Assembly: GCA_026415355.1 (NCBI GenBank)
Contig: JAOAHF010000004.1
Coordinates: 13,897 to 77,896, forward strand
From: Brevinematales bacterium
GTDB lineage: Bacteria; Spirochaetota; Brevinematia; DTOW01
Direction of reading: 5' to 3'
Length of the DNA: 64,000 nt
In this document: positions 21,961 through 33,498 of the stretch, piece after piece
Layout of the letters: each line of letters starts with the position of its first letter
How positions within the stretch are numbered: position 1 is the stretch's first letter
Translations under genes and position numbers: made by a program
The notes under the pieces: generated by a model
The model's database searches: none
Seen by the model: the letters and a program-made list of their open reading frames with translations, nothing else
What the model was told of the DNA's origin: nothing

Positions 21961-22882
21961 TTTTTTTACCCATCTCCTTGACTGTTTTTAGATTTAGTAT
22001 TGCTTTGAATTTCTTATCATCCGTTATGTGAGTATATATTTGTGTTGCAAGAATACTTTTATGTCCAAGAAGTTCTTGAACTGATCTAAGATCTGCACCA
22101 TTTCTCAATAACTCAGTAGCAAAACTATGCCTAAATGTATGAACCGAAACACTACCATCAAGCCCAGCTATCTTAACATACTTTTTTACTATCTTCCATA
22201 TACTTATCCTACTTATTTTCTTACCCAACCTTGAGATAAAAAGAAAATCATCATTTCTTGAAAATTTGCTCAAGGTTTTCTCTCTAACAAGTATATATTC
22301 TTTCAAATACCTTTTTGCTACACTGCCTATAGGAACCATTCTCTGTTTACCTCCCTTTCCTCTAACCGTTAAATAATCATTTACTAAATTAACATCACCA
22401 ATTCTTAAGTTAACAAGTTCAGAAACTCTAAGCCCACATGAAAAAAGCAATTCTATAATCGTTATATCTCTAACCTTCTGTGCATCATTAATTTCATCAT
22501 TTAGAATAGATAACTTTATCTTCTCAACCTCATCTTCAGATAAAAAAAGTGGTATATCTCTTGAAATTTTAGGTCTCTCAACAAACTCTGAAGGATTTTC
22601 ATCAATAATATCATTCATAACTAGAAATCTGAAAAATGTCTTTATTGAAGAAATATATCTAGCAATGGTTGCAGTACTAACCCCTCTCTTTGATGAATAA
22701 CTAACATAACTATCAATGTCTGAAGGTTTAACAGAATTAAGTTCAATACCTTCGTTTTCTAAATACTCAAGAAACTCGGTAACATCAAACCTATAAGAGT
22801 TAACAGTATTATCTGACAATCCTCTATCATAAGCAAGATAATTTAAAAAACTCATTAATATGTCCCTATTCTCATCCTTCAT
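21941..22882 (-). CDS. Tyrosine site-specific recombinase, XerC/XerD type
   Basis: It has an N-terminal SAM-like domain and a catalytic C-terminus with ..R..HTFRHSFAT..LLGH..TQIYTH. Its stop overlaps the CHY-protein start. Confidence 0.85.
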   Translation of the reverse strand: MKDENRDILMSFLNYLAYDRGLSDNTVNSYRFDVTEFLEYLENEGIELNSVKPSDIDSYVSYSSKRGVSTATIARYISSIKTFFRFLVMNDIIDENPSEFVERPKISRDIPLFLSEDEVEKIKLSILNDEINDAQKVRDITIIELLFSCGLRVSELVNLRIGDVNLVNDYLTVRGKGGKQRMVPIGSVAKRYLKEYILVREKTLSKFSRNDDFLFISRLGKKISRISIWKIVKKYVKIAGLDGSVSVHTFRHSFATELLRNGADLRSVQELLGHKSILATQIYTHITDDKKFKAILNLKTVKEMGKKNDKRIF

Positions 22883-22982
22883 AGATAAATTATCTAAAAA
22901 AGGAAAACTAATTTCAAACTACCATATTTGCAAAATATCTTACAATTCTTTGAAAATCAAATTCTGTTGTAGGGAGGATAGA

Positions 22983-24008
22983 ATGATAATAGTTTTAAGT
23001 AAAGAAGCAACAGAGAGTGATATAGAGCATATAATAGAAAAAATCAAGACACAAGGACTAGATGCACATATATCCAGAGGCATTGAAAAAATAGTAATTG
23101 GTGTAGTAGGTGATGACAATAAGCTCATAAACGTCCCCATAGAGAGCTTTAGAAATGTAGAGCAAGTCATAAGAGTTACAAAACCTTATAAACTAGCAAG
23201 CAGAGATTTTCATCCACATAACACAGTCATAGATATGGGTACTGTTAGAATAGGTGGGGACGAACTTGCTATTATTGCTGGACCTTGTAGTGTTGAAACT
23301 CCCGAGCAAATTATTTATATAGCCAAGGAAGTGAAAAAATACGGCGCTAACTTATTGAGAGGTGGAGCATTTAAACCTAGAACTTCTCCTTATTCATTCC
23401 AAGGATTAGGAAAAGAAGGATTAGAACTCCTCAAAATGGCTAAAGAAGCAACAGGTTTACCTATAGTTACAGAAGTCCTTGATACTAGAGATGTCGAACT
23501 TGTATGTGAATACGCAGATATACTCCAAGTAGGTACTAGAAACGCTCAAAATTTTGCTCTACTCAAAGAATTAGGTAAAATCAGAAAACCTGTTCTTCTC
23601 AAGAGAGGACTCTCAATGAAAGCAGATGAATGGGTTATGTCAGCCGAGTATATAATGTCTGGTGGGAATTATAATGTAATTCTTTGTGAAAGAGGAATAA
23701 GGACATTTGAAACAGCAACCCGAAATACATTAGATATTAACATAATACCCGTAATGAAAGAAAGAACACACTTACCCATTATAATAGATCCAAGCCACGC
23801 AACTGGTAAATCAAAGTACGTACCAGATATGGCCTTAGCAGCAATAGCAGCAGGGGCAGATGGTGTCATGATAGAAGTACACAATGATCCAGAAAACGCT
23901 TGGTCTGACGGTGATCAATCAATAACTCCTCAACAATTCGCAAAGATAATGGAAAAACTCAAACCTATAGCAGAAATAGTAGGTAGAAAAGTAACCACAG
24001 TAGTGTAA
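22983..24008 (+). CDS. 3-deoxy-7-phosphoheptulonate (DAHP) synthase, type I-beta, with an N-terminal ferredoxin-like regulatory domain
   Basis: The catalytic core GPCSVE..LLRGGAFKPRTSPYSFQGLG is DAHPS-typical. The start is at 22983 with a GGGAGG RBS; the track's 22860 extension overlaps xerC/D and is an artefact. Confidence 0.85.
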   Translation: MIIVLSKEATESDIEHIIEKIKTQGLDAHISRGIEKIVIGVVGDDNKLINVPIESFRNVEQVIRVTKPYKLASRDFHPHNTVIDMGTVRIGGDELAIIAGPCSVETPEQIIYIAKEVKKYGANLLRGGAFKPRTSPYSFQGLGKEGLELLKMAKEATGLPIVTEVLDTRDVELVCEYADILQVGTRNAQNFALLKELGKIRKPVLLKRGLSMKADEWVMSAEYIMSGGNYNVILCERGIRTFETATRNTLDINIIPVMKERTHLPIIIDPSHATGKSKYVPDMALAAIAAGADGVMIEVHNDPENAWSDGDQSITPQQFAKIMEKLKPIAEIVGRKVTTVV

Positions 24009-24013
24009 AACCT

Positions 24014-24229
24014 ATGGAAGACACACTATTAATAGTACTCTCCACAATAGGTTTCATAGTAGTATTGCTGAACAATTTACTCTTAACAATAATAGGAATA
24101 GCTATAGGATTAATCACAATTGTATTATCCTTTATATTGAAGAAAATAAGTATAATTTCAAAAGTATCAGTGGTAATTTTGGCTAGTATAACTGTAATAC
24201 TAGGTATACTTTGGTTTTTGAAACCCTAA
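24014..24229 (+). CDS. Small two-helix membrane protein
   Basis: 71-aa hydrophobic ORF immediately after the DAHP synthase gene. Confidence 0.4.
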   Translation: MEDTLLIVLSTIGFIVVLLNNLLLTIIGIAIGLITIVLSFILKKISIISKVSVVILASITVILGILWFLKP

Positions 24230-25210
24230 TCACCACTCAATATACTCAAGTATCTTAAGTACAACCTCTTCAAAAGACATACCTGCAGCCTTAGCCATAG
24301 CAGGTATATCGCTAGTTTCCGTCATACCTGGAATTGTATTTACTTCAAGAAAATATGGAATACCATCTTCCTTAGATATAATAGCATCAAACCTAACTAC
24401 TCCTTTACAATTTAAGACACTAAAAGCTTTTTTAGTATACTCGATAACTTTTTCTTCTTGTTCTTTTGAAATCTCTGCAGGTATTATGAAATCAGTCATA
24501 CCTTTAGTATATTTAGCTTCATAGTCATAGAATTCTTTTCTAGGTCTAAGTTCCATGATCGGTAATATCGTAATATTATCTCCTTTACCTATAGCACCTA
24601 TTGTTATTTCTGTACCAAATATTGCCTTTTCAGCAAATGAGTTAGGATATCTTCTTAAATAGCTCCTTAACTTACCAACTAGTTGATCTTCGTCTTTTAT
24701 TATTTCAACACCAACACTTGATCCTTCATTAATAGGCTTCAAAACAACAGGTAATCCTAACTTCATAATGTCCTCAAAAGATTTGTCTGGACTACCTGGA
24801 GTTAACCTAATATAAGGAGAAGTTGGAATACTATTTGCTTTTAGGATTTCTTTCGTAAATATCTTATTCATTCCTATAGCACTCGTTAAAACATCACACC
24901 CTGTGTAAGGTATTCCTAGCATTTCAAGCACACCTTGAATAACTCCATCCTCGCCATACCTCCCGTGTAACATTATAACCGCAACATCTACATTATCTTT
25001 AACAAGTCTTCTTGCTATATTTGCATCAACGTCCATCTTAACAACCCTAAAACCTAGATTAACTAGAGCATTATATACATTCTCTCCAGATCTTATCGAT
25101 ACTTCTCTTTCCGAAGATATGCCTCCCATTAAAACTGCTATGTTTTTTGTTTTATAAAAATCAATAAGATCCTTATACCTATGTTTCAAATCACTAATCC
25201 TTTCACTCAT
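24230..25210 (-). CDS. ddl: D-alanine--D-alanine ligase
   Basis: It has an ATP-grasp fold, the N-terminal IAVLMGGISSEREVS and a C-terminal EVNTIPGMT. Confidence 0.9.
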   Translation of the reverse strand: MSERISDLKHRYKDLIDFYKTKNIAVLMGGISSEREVSIRSGENVYNALVNLGFRVVKMDVDANIARRLVKDNVDVAVIMLHGRYGEDGVIQGVLEMLGIPYTGCDVLTSAIGMNKIFTKEILKANSIPTSPYIRLTPGSPDKSFEDIMKLGLPVVLKPINEGSSVGVEIIKDEDQLVGKLRSYLRRYPNSFAEKAIFGTEITIGAIGKGDNITILPIMELRPRKEFYDYEAKYTKGMTDFIIPAEISKEQEEKVIEYTKKAFSVLNCKGVVRFDAIISKEDGIPYFLEVNTIPGMTETSDIPAMAKAAGMSFEEVVLKILEYIEW

Positions 25211-25443
25211 ACAGAGTAATTATCAAAAAGACATATATCTCCAATCAAATACAACCAAATTACCAAATAAACCATAACCTAATAAAAGATCTTTAAGGAT
25301 TCTTATAATCCACCTAGTCAACAAACTATTACATCAACAAAGTTAATATGATCATAATCAGAAAAGTACAAAACAATCATCGAATATAAGTAAAAAAGCT
25401 ACACAACAACTCATAAAACTTTTTGTCTAAAGGTTATCCAAAT

Positions 25444-26787
25444 CTACTGAAGTTTATATACACTCTTTGAAGGTACAACAGAAACTTCATCAGAATATTC
25501 ACTTTTTGTTCCATCTTTTCTAACGCTTCTAATCGCTATGTAATACACTTTTGTAGGAGATAATCCTTTAATAGTATATCTAAATACTGGATAGAACTTC
25601 GAAGGTTTCTTAACTCTTATAGGAGATACACCATTTAAAGCATCTGTTCCAAAGTATTTCTTTTCATAATCTCCGTAGAATATCTCATAATACTCAACAT
25701 CATCATCAAGTTCATTCCTCCAATTAACAGCTATGACTCCATCACTAACAGAATCTACCGATAGTATTGAAGGTTTTTGTGGCGGTATATCATAAGATAT
25801 ATCAATATCTAATCCTAAAAATTCACTAATCCCATTCCTTATAGGTATGACTTTAAATTGCAAATATCTGCCCTTTACATTACCATCTCCTACATCCTGC
25901 CAATCTTTCTGATTTCTAGTTAAAGAGAATATATCACTTGAGGCTCTACCTTTTATCATAAATTCCCCTCTACCCCTTAAGGAAACATTTCTAAGCGTAG
26001 TTGAAAGTAACTTTGTATCAACTATTCTTGAAACAAATTCCTTAACATCCTCACGCTTTTCATTTATAGTCCTAATGAACGTAGGAGCAACCGCTACGTT
26101 GTCGAAATATCCAAAAAACTCAGGAAAAAACTCAACTATACCTTCCTTAGTGAACAAATCTATACTCAAAGGTTTTACAACTTCTCTATCAGTCTCAATA
26201 CCATTTATATACATAGATACTCTAGAATTTACTACGTCAAAAACAAGTGATAAAGAATACCAATTTCTTGGTTCTATTGTTTCATCCGAAACAAGCTCGA
26301 CATCAACACTATCTCCATCTTTTGATATTACAATACCTTTTATAAAAACATATATCCTAGATTTCTTGATAACTACTTCTATATTTTTGTTAACACTATC
26401 AACAGAATAAAACCTGGCCAAAACACTACCTTCATCAAGCCTAACAGGATAAAATGAAAGAAAAACAGAAAATATACTACTCACAGTCTTAACACCTAAT
26501 ATGTTTTCAAGCGATATAAAAGATATACCATGATACTTTGCATATAACTTACCTACAACTTTATCTCCTAACTGTTCTTTATCAAAAGAAAACTTTGTAT
26601 ACCTTACACTACTGTCTTGTTGTTTTGATGGAGATATCACTATACTACCTGATGGTATAATTGTATTCTCCTGAATACCTGTAATTTCCAAGAAATCTTC
26701 TCTATTCAATGTTATTCTATCACTAAATCCATACTTAACAAGTATAAGCGCAAAAACCAAAAGAATAAACAGATTCTTTAGCTTCAT
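25444..26787 (-). CDS. Secreted protein with a LamG-like domain and a C-terminal fibronectin type III domain
   Basis: It has a signal peptide and a C-terminal FN3 signature (..YYEIFYGD..YYIAIRSV). Confidence 0.55.
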   Translation of the reverse strand: MKLKNLFILLVFALILVKYGFSDRITLNREDFLEITGIQENTIIPSGSIVISPSKQQDSSVRYTKFSFDKEQLGDKVVGKLYAKYHGISFISLENILGVKTVSSIFSVFLSFYPVRLDEGSVLARFYSVDSVNKNIEVVIKKSRIYVFIKGIVISKDGDSVDVELVSDETIEPRNWYSLSLVFDVVNSRVSMYINGIETDREVVKPLSIDLFTKEGIVEFFPEFFGYFDNVAVAPTFIRTINEKREDVKEFVSRIVDTKLLSTTLRNVSLRGRGEFMIKGRASSDIFSLTRNQKDWQDVGDGNVKGRYLQFKVIPIRNGISEFLGLDIDISYDIPPQKPSILSVDSVSDGVIAVNWRNELDDDVEYYEIFYGDYEKKYFGTDALNGVSPIRVKKPSKFYPVFRYTIKGLSPTKVYYIAIRSVRKDGTKSEYSDEVSVVPSKSVYKLQ

Positions 26788-26940
26788 ATCTTTATGATTA
26801 TCGTAAAAATAGACTTTTTCAAAACATTTAATCTTTGAAAGATAATAGTAAACTCATAATACCCTCACAAACTCCAAAATCCTGTCTATCTACCTCAATT
26901 TGTCTTAAAGAACACATATAACTTATAATCCATAAGTTCT

Positions 26941-28251
26941 ATGATAGTGATGGATTTGAAAGGTAACAAACTTAAAGATATACCTTTTAAAAGAAGTAGT
27001 ATATTCATAGACACTGACCTCATAAGAAGCGTAGAAAAAATAATACAATCAATATACGAAGAAAAGGATAAAGCAATAGTAGAGTATCTGAAAAAATTTG
27101 ACGATTTTGAGGTTGATTTTGATAAAAACTCTTTTATTGTCTCAGAAAATGAAATAGAAGAAGCAATCAAAACTGTAAATAGTGATCAGAATCTAAAAAT
27201 TATTTTTGAAAACTTCCTGTTAATGGCAGATAGAGTTAAGAAATTCCATGAAGCTCAAATGGAACATTTTAATCTGAAAGGAAAATGGACTACTACAACA
27301 AATGGTACTGTTGGACAAGTTATAAAACCCATCGAAAGTGTTTGTGTATATGTGCCTGGGGGTAGAGCAATATATCCTTCAACACTGATTATGAATACAA
27401 TACCTGCTAAAGTTGCAGGAGTAAAAAAAATATACGTTTCAACTCCATCTAAAAGTGGTAAAATTTCACCAATAATCCTAGCACTAAGCCAAAAACTAGG
27501 TATAGATAGCATATACAAGTTAGGTGGAGCAGTAGCAGTAGCTAGTTTTGCATTCGGAACTCAAACAGTTCCTAGAGCAGATATGATTGTAGGCCCCGGC
27601 AACAAATATTTTATAACTGCTAAGAAACTACTAAATGGTATTATCGGTATAGATATGCTACCAGGCCCAAGCGAAATAGTTGTAATAGCGGATCACGGAT
27701 CACCTCACCATATAGCACTTGATTTATTGTCTCAACTTGAACATGATCCTGATTCAAATGGTTATTTTATATCAACAGACCAAAATCTCATGGAAGAAGT
27801 CAAAAACAACATAATTTTGATATCAAAAGAAGCAGAAAGAAAAGAAATACTGTCTAACTCTCTTAACAACTTTTTCTTTATTCTCGTTTCATCGATAGAA
27901 GAAGCTTTTGAAGTAAGTAACAGAATTGCTCCAGAACACTTAGAGGTTGTAGTAAAAGGTGTAGATATAAATAACATACATAATTACGTAAACAATGCTG
28001 GAACAGTAATAATAGGAGAAACAACCCCTGTCGTAATAACAGATTACATAGCAGGTGTCAATCATGTACTTCCAACAGGAGCAACTGCTAGGTTTTCGTC
28101 TCCATTAGGAGTTTATAACTTTGTTAAGTTCTATAACATAGCACAGTGGAATAGTTCAAACTTGCAAAAAGATATACCAATTGTATCATCTTTGGCAGAT
28201 TACGAAGGACTTGAAATACATAAACTATCTGTTGAAAGAAGAAAGATCTAA
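26941..28251 (+). CDS. hisD: Histidinol dehydrogenase
   Basis: It has the HisD blocks CVYVPGGRAIYPSTLIM, GPGNKYF, DMLPGPSEIVVIAD and a His/Glu zinc site. Confidence 0.9.
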   Translation: MIVMDLKGNKLKDIPFKRSSIFIDTDLIRSVEKIIQSIYEEKDKAIVEYLKKFDDFEVDFDKNSFIVSENEIEEAIKTVNSDQNLKIIFENFLLMADRVKKFHEAQMEHFNLKGKWTTTTNGTVGQVIKPIESVCVYVPGGRAIYPSTLIMNTIPAKVAGVKKIYVSTPSKSGKISPIILALSQKLGIDSIYKLGGAVAVASFAFGTQTVPRADMIVGPGNKYFITAKKLLNGIIGIDMLPGPSEIVVIADHGSPHHIALDLLSQLEHDPDSNGYFISTDQNLMEEVKNNIILISKEAERKEILSNSLNNFFFILVSSIEEAFEVSNRIAPEHLEVVVKGVDINNIHNYVNNAGTVIIGETTPVVITDYIAGVNHVLPTGATARFSSPLGVYNFVKFYNIAQWNSSNLQKDIPIVSSLADYEGLEIHKLSVERRKI

Positions 28252-28292
28252 TACTAAGCAAAGTGGGGATAAATATATCCCCTTATAAGCTT

Positions 28293-29372
<1,080 letters not shown>

Positions 29373-29561
29373 TTATATTGCCACTAGTAACAAAAACTAA
29401 TACTCAAAATATAGTTTCACTTAAATTAATTTACCTAACCCATAACTTACCAATTCAAGATCTCTTCTCCACACAAATCATTTACCTCTCAAAGTCTACT
29501 CATCTTTATACAAGACACCAAAATTTGAATTAACACCCTAAACTTCTAAAAAATAGAAGTT

Positions 29562-29921
29562 ATGAAGTTTTTCGAAGAAGTTGGTGGTTTAAAACCTTTG
29601 GGACATTACTCAACAGCAGTAATACTCGAAAACGGAATGCTGTTTCTATCAGGACAAATTGACATCCAAGAAAACACAGTATCTGGGCAAACAAGAAACA
29701 TACTAAAAAACATAAACACTATTCTATCTGAACTAGGATACTCGAAGAAAAATATATTCAAGGTAGTCGTTTATATAACGGACATTTCAAAATTTTCAGA
29801 CTTTAACGATGCATACAGAGAATTTTTTGAAGATCACAAACCTGTAAGAACAACCATAGGTGTCAAGGAGTTACCCAAAGGAGCACTTGTAGAGATAGAA
29901 GTATATGCATTCAAGCCATAA
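29562..29921 (+). CDS. ridA: RidA/YjgF family enamine/imine deaminase
   Basis: It has YjgF family blocks and is ~120 aa. Confidence 0.8.
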   Translation: MKFFEEVGGLKPLGHYSTAVILENGMLFLSGQIDIQENTVSGQTRNILKNINTILSELGYSKKNIFKVVVYITDISKFSDFNDAYREFFEDHKPVRTTIGVKELPKGALVEIEVYAFKP

Positions 29922-29968
29922 CTTACTATCATATAGTATTTACCAAAACAAAATTGTTAAAAACTATA

Positions 29969-30838
29969 TTAAATCTTCCTAGCAAAAATTTTATTCCTTG
30001 AAATCACAAACTGGTGATTATACAACTCATTAACAATTTCAAAGTTACCATCAAAATACATCAGCAAACCTTCATTGCTATCAAAATCAAATACTGAGAT
30101 GAATAATTTCCCATCAATTACTCCCAATCCCATCGTTTCAAACCAAAATGATTTAATAGGTACATCATACATTTCAAAAGTACTGTCACTATCTAAAAAC
30201 ATAATAAATCCATTAAGACCAACCATCCCCCATTTATTTCCAGAGAGAACTACTTTATCATTAAAACTACTAATACCCGAAAACTCCCATAGATCGTTGT
30301 TTACTTCTATATCTAAAAACTCAGATTTTTCACCAGCTAATTTAACAACAATACCTCTGTAATTATCTTTATCAATACCATAGAAAAAATATTCATTATT
30401 CAAACTAACTCCATCTCTCAGTTCGTATTCTCCAATTAACATATCAGGTAATTTGATAAACTTCATATCATCAACAAACATCAATCCACCATTCATAACA
30501 TCTTCGTCTGGCCTATAAAAATTTCCAGAAACGACTATACCATCACTCCAATAAAATTCAGAAAAAGTATCCTTAAACACAACCTCCGAAATCTTCTTAG
30601 CATTCTCATCAATAACAATCATAGTAGCAGATCTAAAAAAATACTTATCAACTCTAAATCCAACAAGTATAGCCTTACCTTCTTCTTCAAAAACGTTTCT
30701 ACAATAGAAGTTTTCAAAATTTTTCAGTACTCTACCATCTCTTCTAATAACAGTAGTATAATTGTTTGAAAAGTTAAACACATCAAACCCTAAAGTACTT
30801 CCAACAGGAATTAAAAATGTTTCTTCAAGAATATTCAT
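29969..30838 (-). CDS. Hypothetical protein (289 aa)
   Basis: Clean ORF with no recognisable motif. It lies immediately downstream of scpA. Confidence 0.5.
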   Translation of the reverse strand: MNILEETFLIPVGSTLGFDVFNFSNNYTTVIRRDGRVLKNFENFYCRNVFEEEGKAILVGFRVDKYFFRSATMIVIDENAKKISEVVFKDTFSEFYWSDGIVVSGNFYRPDEDVMNGGLMFVDDMKFIKLPDMLIGEYELRDGVSLNNEYFFYGIDKDNYRGIVVKLAGEKSEFLDIEVNNDLWEFSGISSFNDKVVLSGNKWGMVGLNGFIMFLDSDSTFEMYDVPIKSFWFETMGLGVIDGKLFISVFDFDSNEGLLMYFDGNFEIVNELYNHQFVISRNKIFARKI

Positions 30839-30844
30839 ACTACA

Positions 30845-31567
30845 TCACCTTTTTATAACCAAAATATCATCAAAGTTCTTGTGTTGTTCCAACTTAGTAA
30901 TTTCAGATTTTGTTGTTTCAAGTATTGCCATGAATGAAGTTATCTGCTGTAAAATGGGCTCAGAAAATACAATTTCAGAAAAATTGAAAAAATTTCTAAC
31001 TTGGAGTATCCTCTTTATTTCATCAATTTTTAATGATATTGATGCTTCATCTCTTTTTAACTGAAACTTTCTGTCCCTTTGTATGTTTATGAAATACTTA
31101 ACAGCACATCTCAACAAATCTTCCGTTGAATATTGTACATACCTTGATATATTTTTCTTAATAAGCTTTGAAAACATCTTCTTCCTCAAATCTCTTTTTT
31201 GCTTTAGCATATCTTTAAGTTGTCTATACTGCTTCATTATCTCAAGTTGCTGTATAAGCTTTTCTGTTTCTACCTCCATATCTTCATCTAGAACTTTAAT
31301 GTTTGATAACGCAAGAGTTTTTAGGTACAATAATATTGAAGCAATTCTAACAAATTCTGCTGAAATTTTGATATCAGGTCTTCTAGTATTTGAATATTCT
31401 ATAAACTGATCAACTATCTTAACAAGAGATATCCTAGTTATATCGAGTTTATTTTTTATTATGAGATTAAGTAACACACCAAGAGGTCCTTCAAACTCTT
31501 CCGTCTTTACTTTCATATCTATTTCAACAACAACTGCCTGAGAAAAAACTTTTTGATTTGTCTTCAT
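30845..31567 (-). CDS. scpA: Segregation and condensation protein A (kleisin)
   Basis: The N-terminal FEGPLGVLLNLIIKNKLDI matches the ScpA consensus FEGPLDLLLHLI. Confidence 0.75.
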   Translation of the reverse strand: MKTNQKVFSQAVVVEIDMKVKTEEFEGPLGVLLNLIIKNKLDITRISLVKIVDQFIEYSNTRRPDIKISAEFVRIASILLYLKTLALSNIKVLDEDMEVETEKLIQQLEIMKQYRQLKDMLKQKRDLRKKMFSKLIKKNISRYVQYSTEDLLRCAVKYFINIQRDRKFQLKRDEASISLKIDEIKRILQVRNFFNFSEIVFSEPILQQITSFMAILETTKSEITKLEQHKNFDDILVIKR

Positions 31568-31740
31568 TCAACAAAATAATATTTATAGAAGAACTTCCTT
31601 TTCAAATTGTATCCTCTACTTTCTGGTAACAAAACACACCAACTACTCACAAAAACTCAGAGCAATGCAAAAATTTATACATAAAAAACATATTTTCAGC
31701 TACACTTAAAAACTAAGAAATAAACAAAAGGTATTGAAAT

Positions 31741-32223
31741 TCATTCTTGTGTTTTTGATTCACTTTTACTGGAGTTGTTTCTTGATGCCCTATATATTTC
31801 AATTACAAGGAACATTACAAAATAACTTAGAAAGCCACTCAAAACAGCCAAAACAATATTACCCACAGCAAAAGAAAGCCCAAAACCAAACATATTTTGT
31901 AACACACTTTTTTCCGAAAAGTTAATACCAATTTTTGTAATAAGTTCTCCAACTTTGTAACTACTTGCTACCCAAAACGGAACAAAAAGTGGGTTATTTA
32001 CAAGAGTACCAACCAAAGCAGAAAAGAAGTTAAACCTTATTACCAGAGCAAGCCCTGCTAATATTAGAGCTCCAAACCCCAGTGTTGGCAATATACCAAC
32101 AAAAACTCCAATAGCAAACCCTAATGATATTTGGTGTGTAGAATCTCTCAATCTGAGCAATTTTTTAAAACTTAGTACTATCCATCTGAAAAGCTTTCCT
32201 ATCATATTACCTTTTAGTTTCAT
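31741..32223 (-). CDS. DUF2062 family membrane protein
   Basis: It has a charged N-terminus followed by three TM helices (GFAIGVFVGILP..). Confidence 0.6.
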   Translation of the reverse strand: MKLKGNMIGKLFRWIVLSFKKLLRLRDSTHQISLGFAIGVFVGILPTLGFGALILAGLALVIRFNFFSALVGTLVNNPLFVPFWVASSYKVGELITKIGINFSEKSVLQNMFGFGLSFAVGNIVLAVLSGFLSYFVMFLVIEIYRASRNNSSKSESKTQE

Positions 32224-32271
32224 CCTTATATTATTCTAAACAGAATTATGCCAGTTTTCAAAATCCTCCTT

Positions 32272-33498
32272 TCACAGCACTCTTTCTACTTTAATTGTAC
32301 TTTCAACTTTGATTGTATTGTAGGATTTGATACTTCTACCTATGAAACTTGATATTGGTCTATTAGGATGAACATTGTATATGAATATTTCATGTCCTTT
32401 TCTTGAAATTTCATACATAAAAAGTGCCAACTCATTATCAAGTTTAGGAGTTATAAGCATAACTGCAGTACCCCAAGGAATCTGGATAGACAAACTCTTA
32501 AGTGTTTCTAAAAGTGTTATGTTACTTTGAGAGTATATTCTAGCAAGAAGTTCAAAAATAGTTGATATGTGAGTATTACCAGAAGATATCGGTATCTCAA
32601 AGAAACCATTTGGATTTTCAATAACCAACTTATCTTTCATTGAAGATTTTCTTTGGATTTGTCCATTTGCAACCAATCCAATCTCTTGATTGTAGTTGTA
32701 AAGTTCAAAAATCACAGTAGTAGCAACTTCAATAGCAAATTCTTCGTAGAAATCAGGATACCTAACATCATAGTCTGGCCGGTATAAATTCAAAAAAATG
32801 ATAGTGCCTGAAGATACTGAAGGAGTGTAGTAATTAACATACAGTTTATTATGCTTAGCTGATATTTTCCAGTTTATTTTTCTTATTTCATCACCACTTT
32901 GGTATTCTCTAATACCTTGAATTTTAGTCAAATCTTCAAATATAGGCAACGGATTTCTTATTTCGCCATAAGGTTGTAATATGCTCTTGTCAAATTCATT
33001 ATGCGGAAGAATAGACGGAAAAACTGTAACAAAATCTACAGTATCATAGTCTTTGGAAGAAAAAGTCTGCATAAAGATATCCTTCAATTCAACCATAGTA
33101 GGCCCTAAATGATGGTCACCTCGTTTGGAACCAATAATACGATACGAGAGTTTTTTACTCGATTTTGGTGGAAGAAATATAAAAAACGTTTCTTTTTGTT
33201 TGTAAGACAACGTCATACTAGTATAGTCATATACATAACCAATTAACGGGAATATACTTCTGTTTTCTATTATCACACCAGCATAAGTACTATCTCCGTT
33301 GAATATCTTGGTATTTTCTATAAACCTTGACACTACTACACTAGCACTTACTGAATTTCTGTAAATTACGTTAAAAACCAAAAGTAAAACAAAACTAATA
33401 ATTGCTAGGATAGTTTCATAAACAGGGAAAACTATCATCATTGTTACAAAAATTATTCCTAGAAGTACATACTTCGCCATATTAATTTGATTTAACAT
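32272..33498 (-). CDS. DUF58 domain protein (MoxR partner)
   Basis: It has N-terminal TM helices and the DUF58 block EYQSGDEIRKINWKISAKHNKLYV. It overlaps moxR. Confidence 0.7.
   Translation of the reverse strand: MLNQINMAKYVLLGIIFVTMMIVFPVYETILAIISFVLLLVFNVIYRNSVSASVVVSRFIENTKIFNGDSTYAGVIIENRSIFPLIGYVYDYTSMTLSYKQKETFFIFLPPKSSKKLSYRIIGSKRGDHHLGPTMVELKDIFMQTFSSKDYDTVDFVTVFPSILPHNEFDKSILQPYGEIRNPLPIFEDLTKIQGIREYQSGDEIRKINWKISAKHNKLYVNYYTPSVSSGTIIFLNLYRPDYDVRYPDFYEEFAIEVATTVIFELYNYNQEIGLVANGQIQRKSSMKDKLVIENPNGFFEIPISSGNTHISTIFELLARIYSQSNITLLETLKSLSIQIPWGTAVMLITPKLDNELALFMYEISRKGHEIFIYNVHPNRPISSFIGRSIKSYNTIKVESTIKVERVL

Noticed and set aside
22860-22982. Track-predicted N-terminal extension of DAHP synthase
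   Set aside because: It overlaps xerC/D on the other strand. An internal ATG at 22983 with a GGGAGG RBS begins the conserved regulatory domain.
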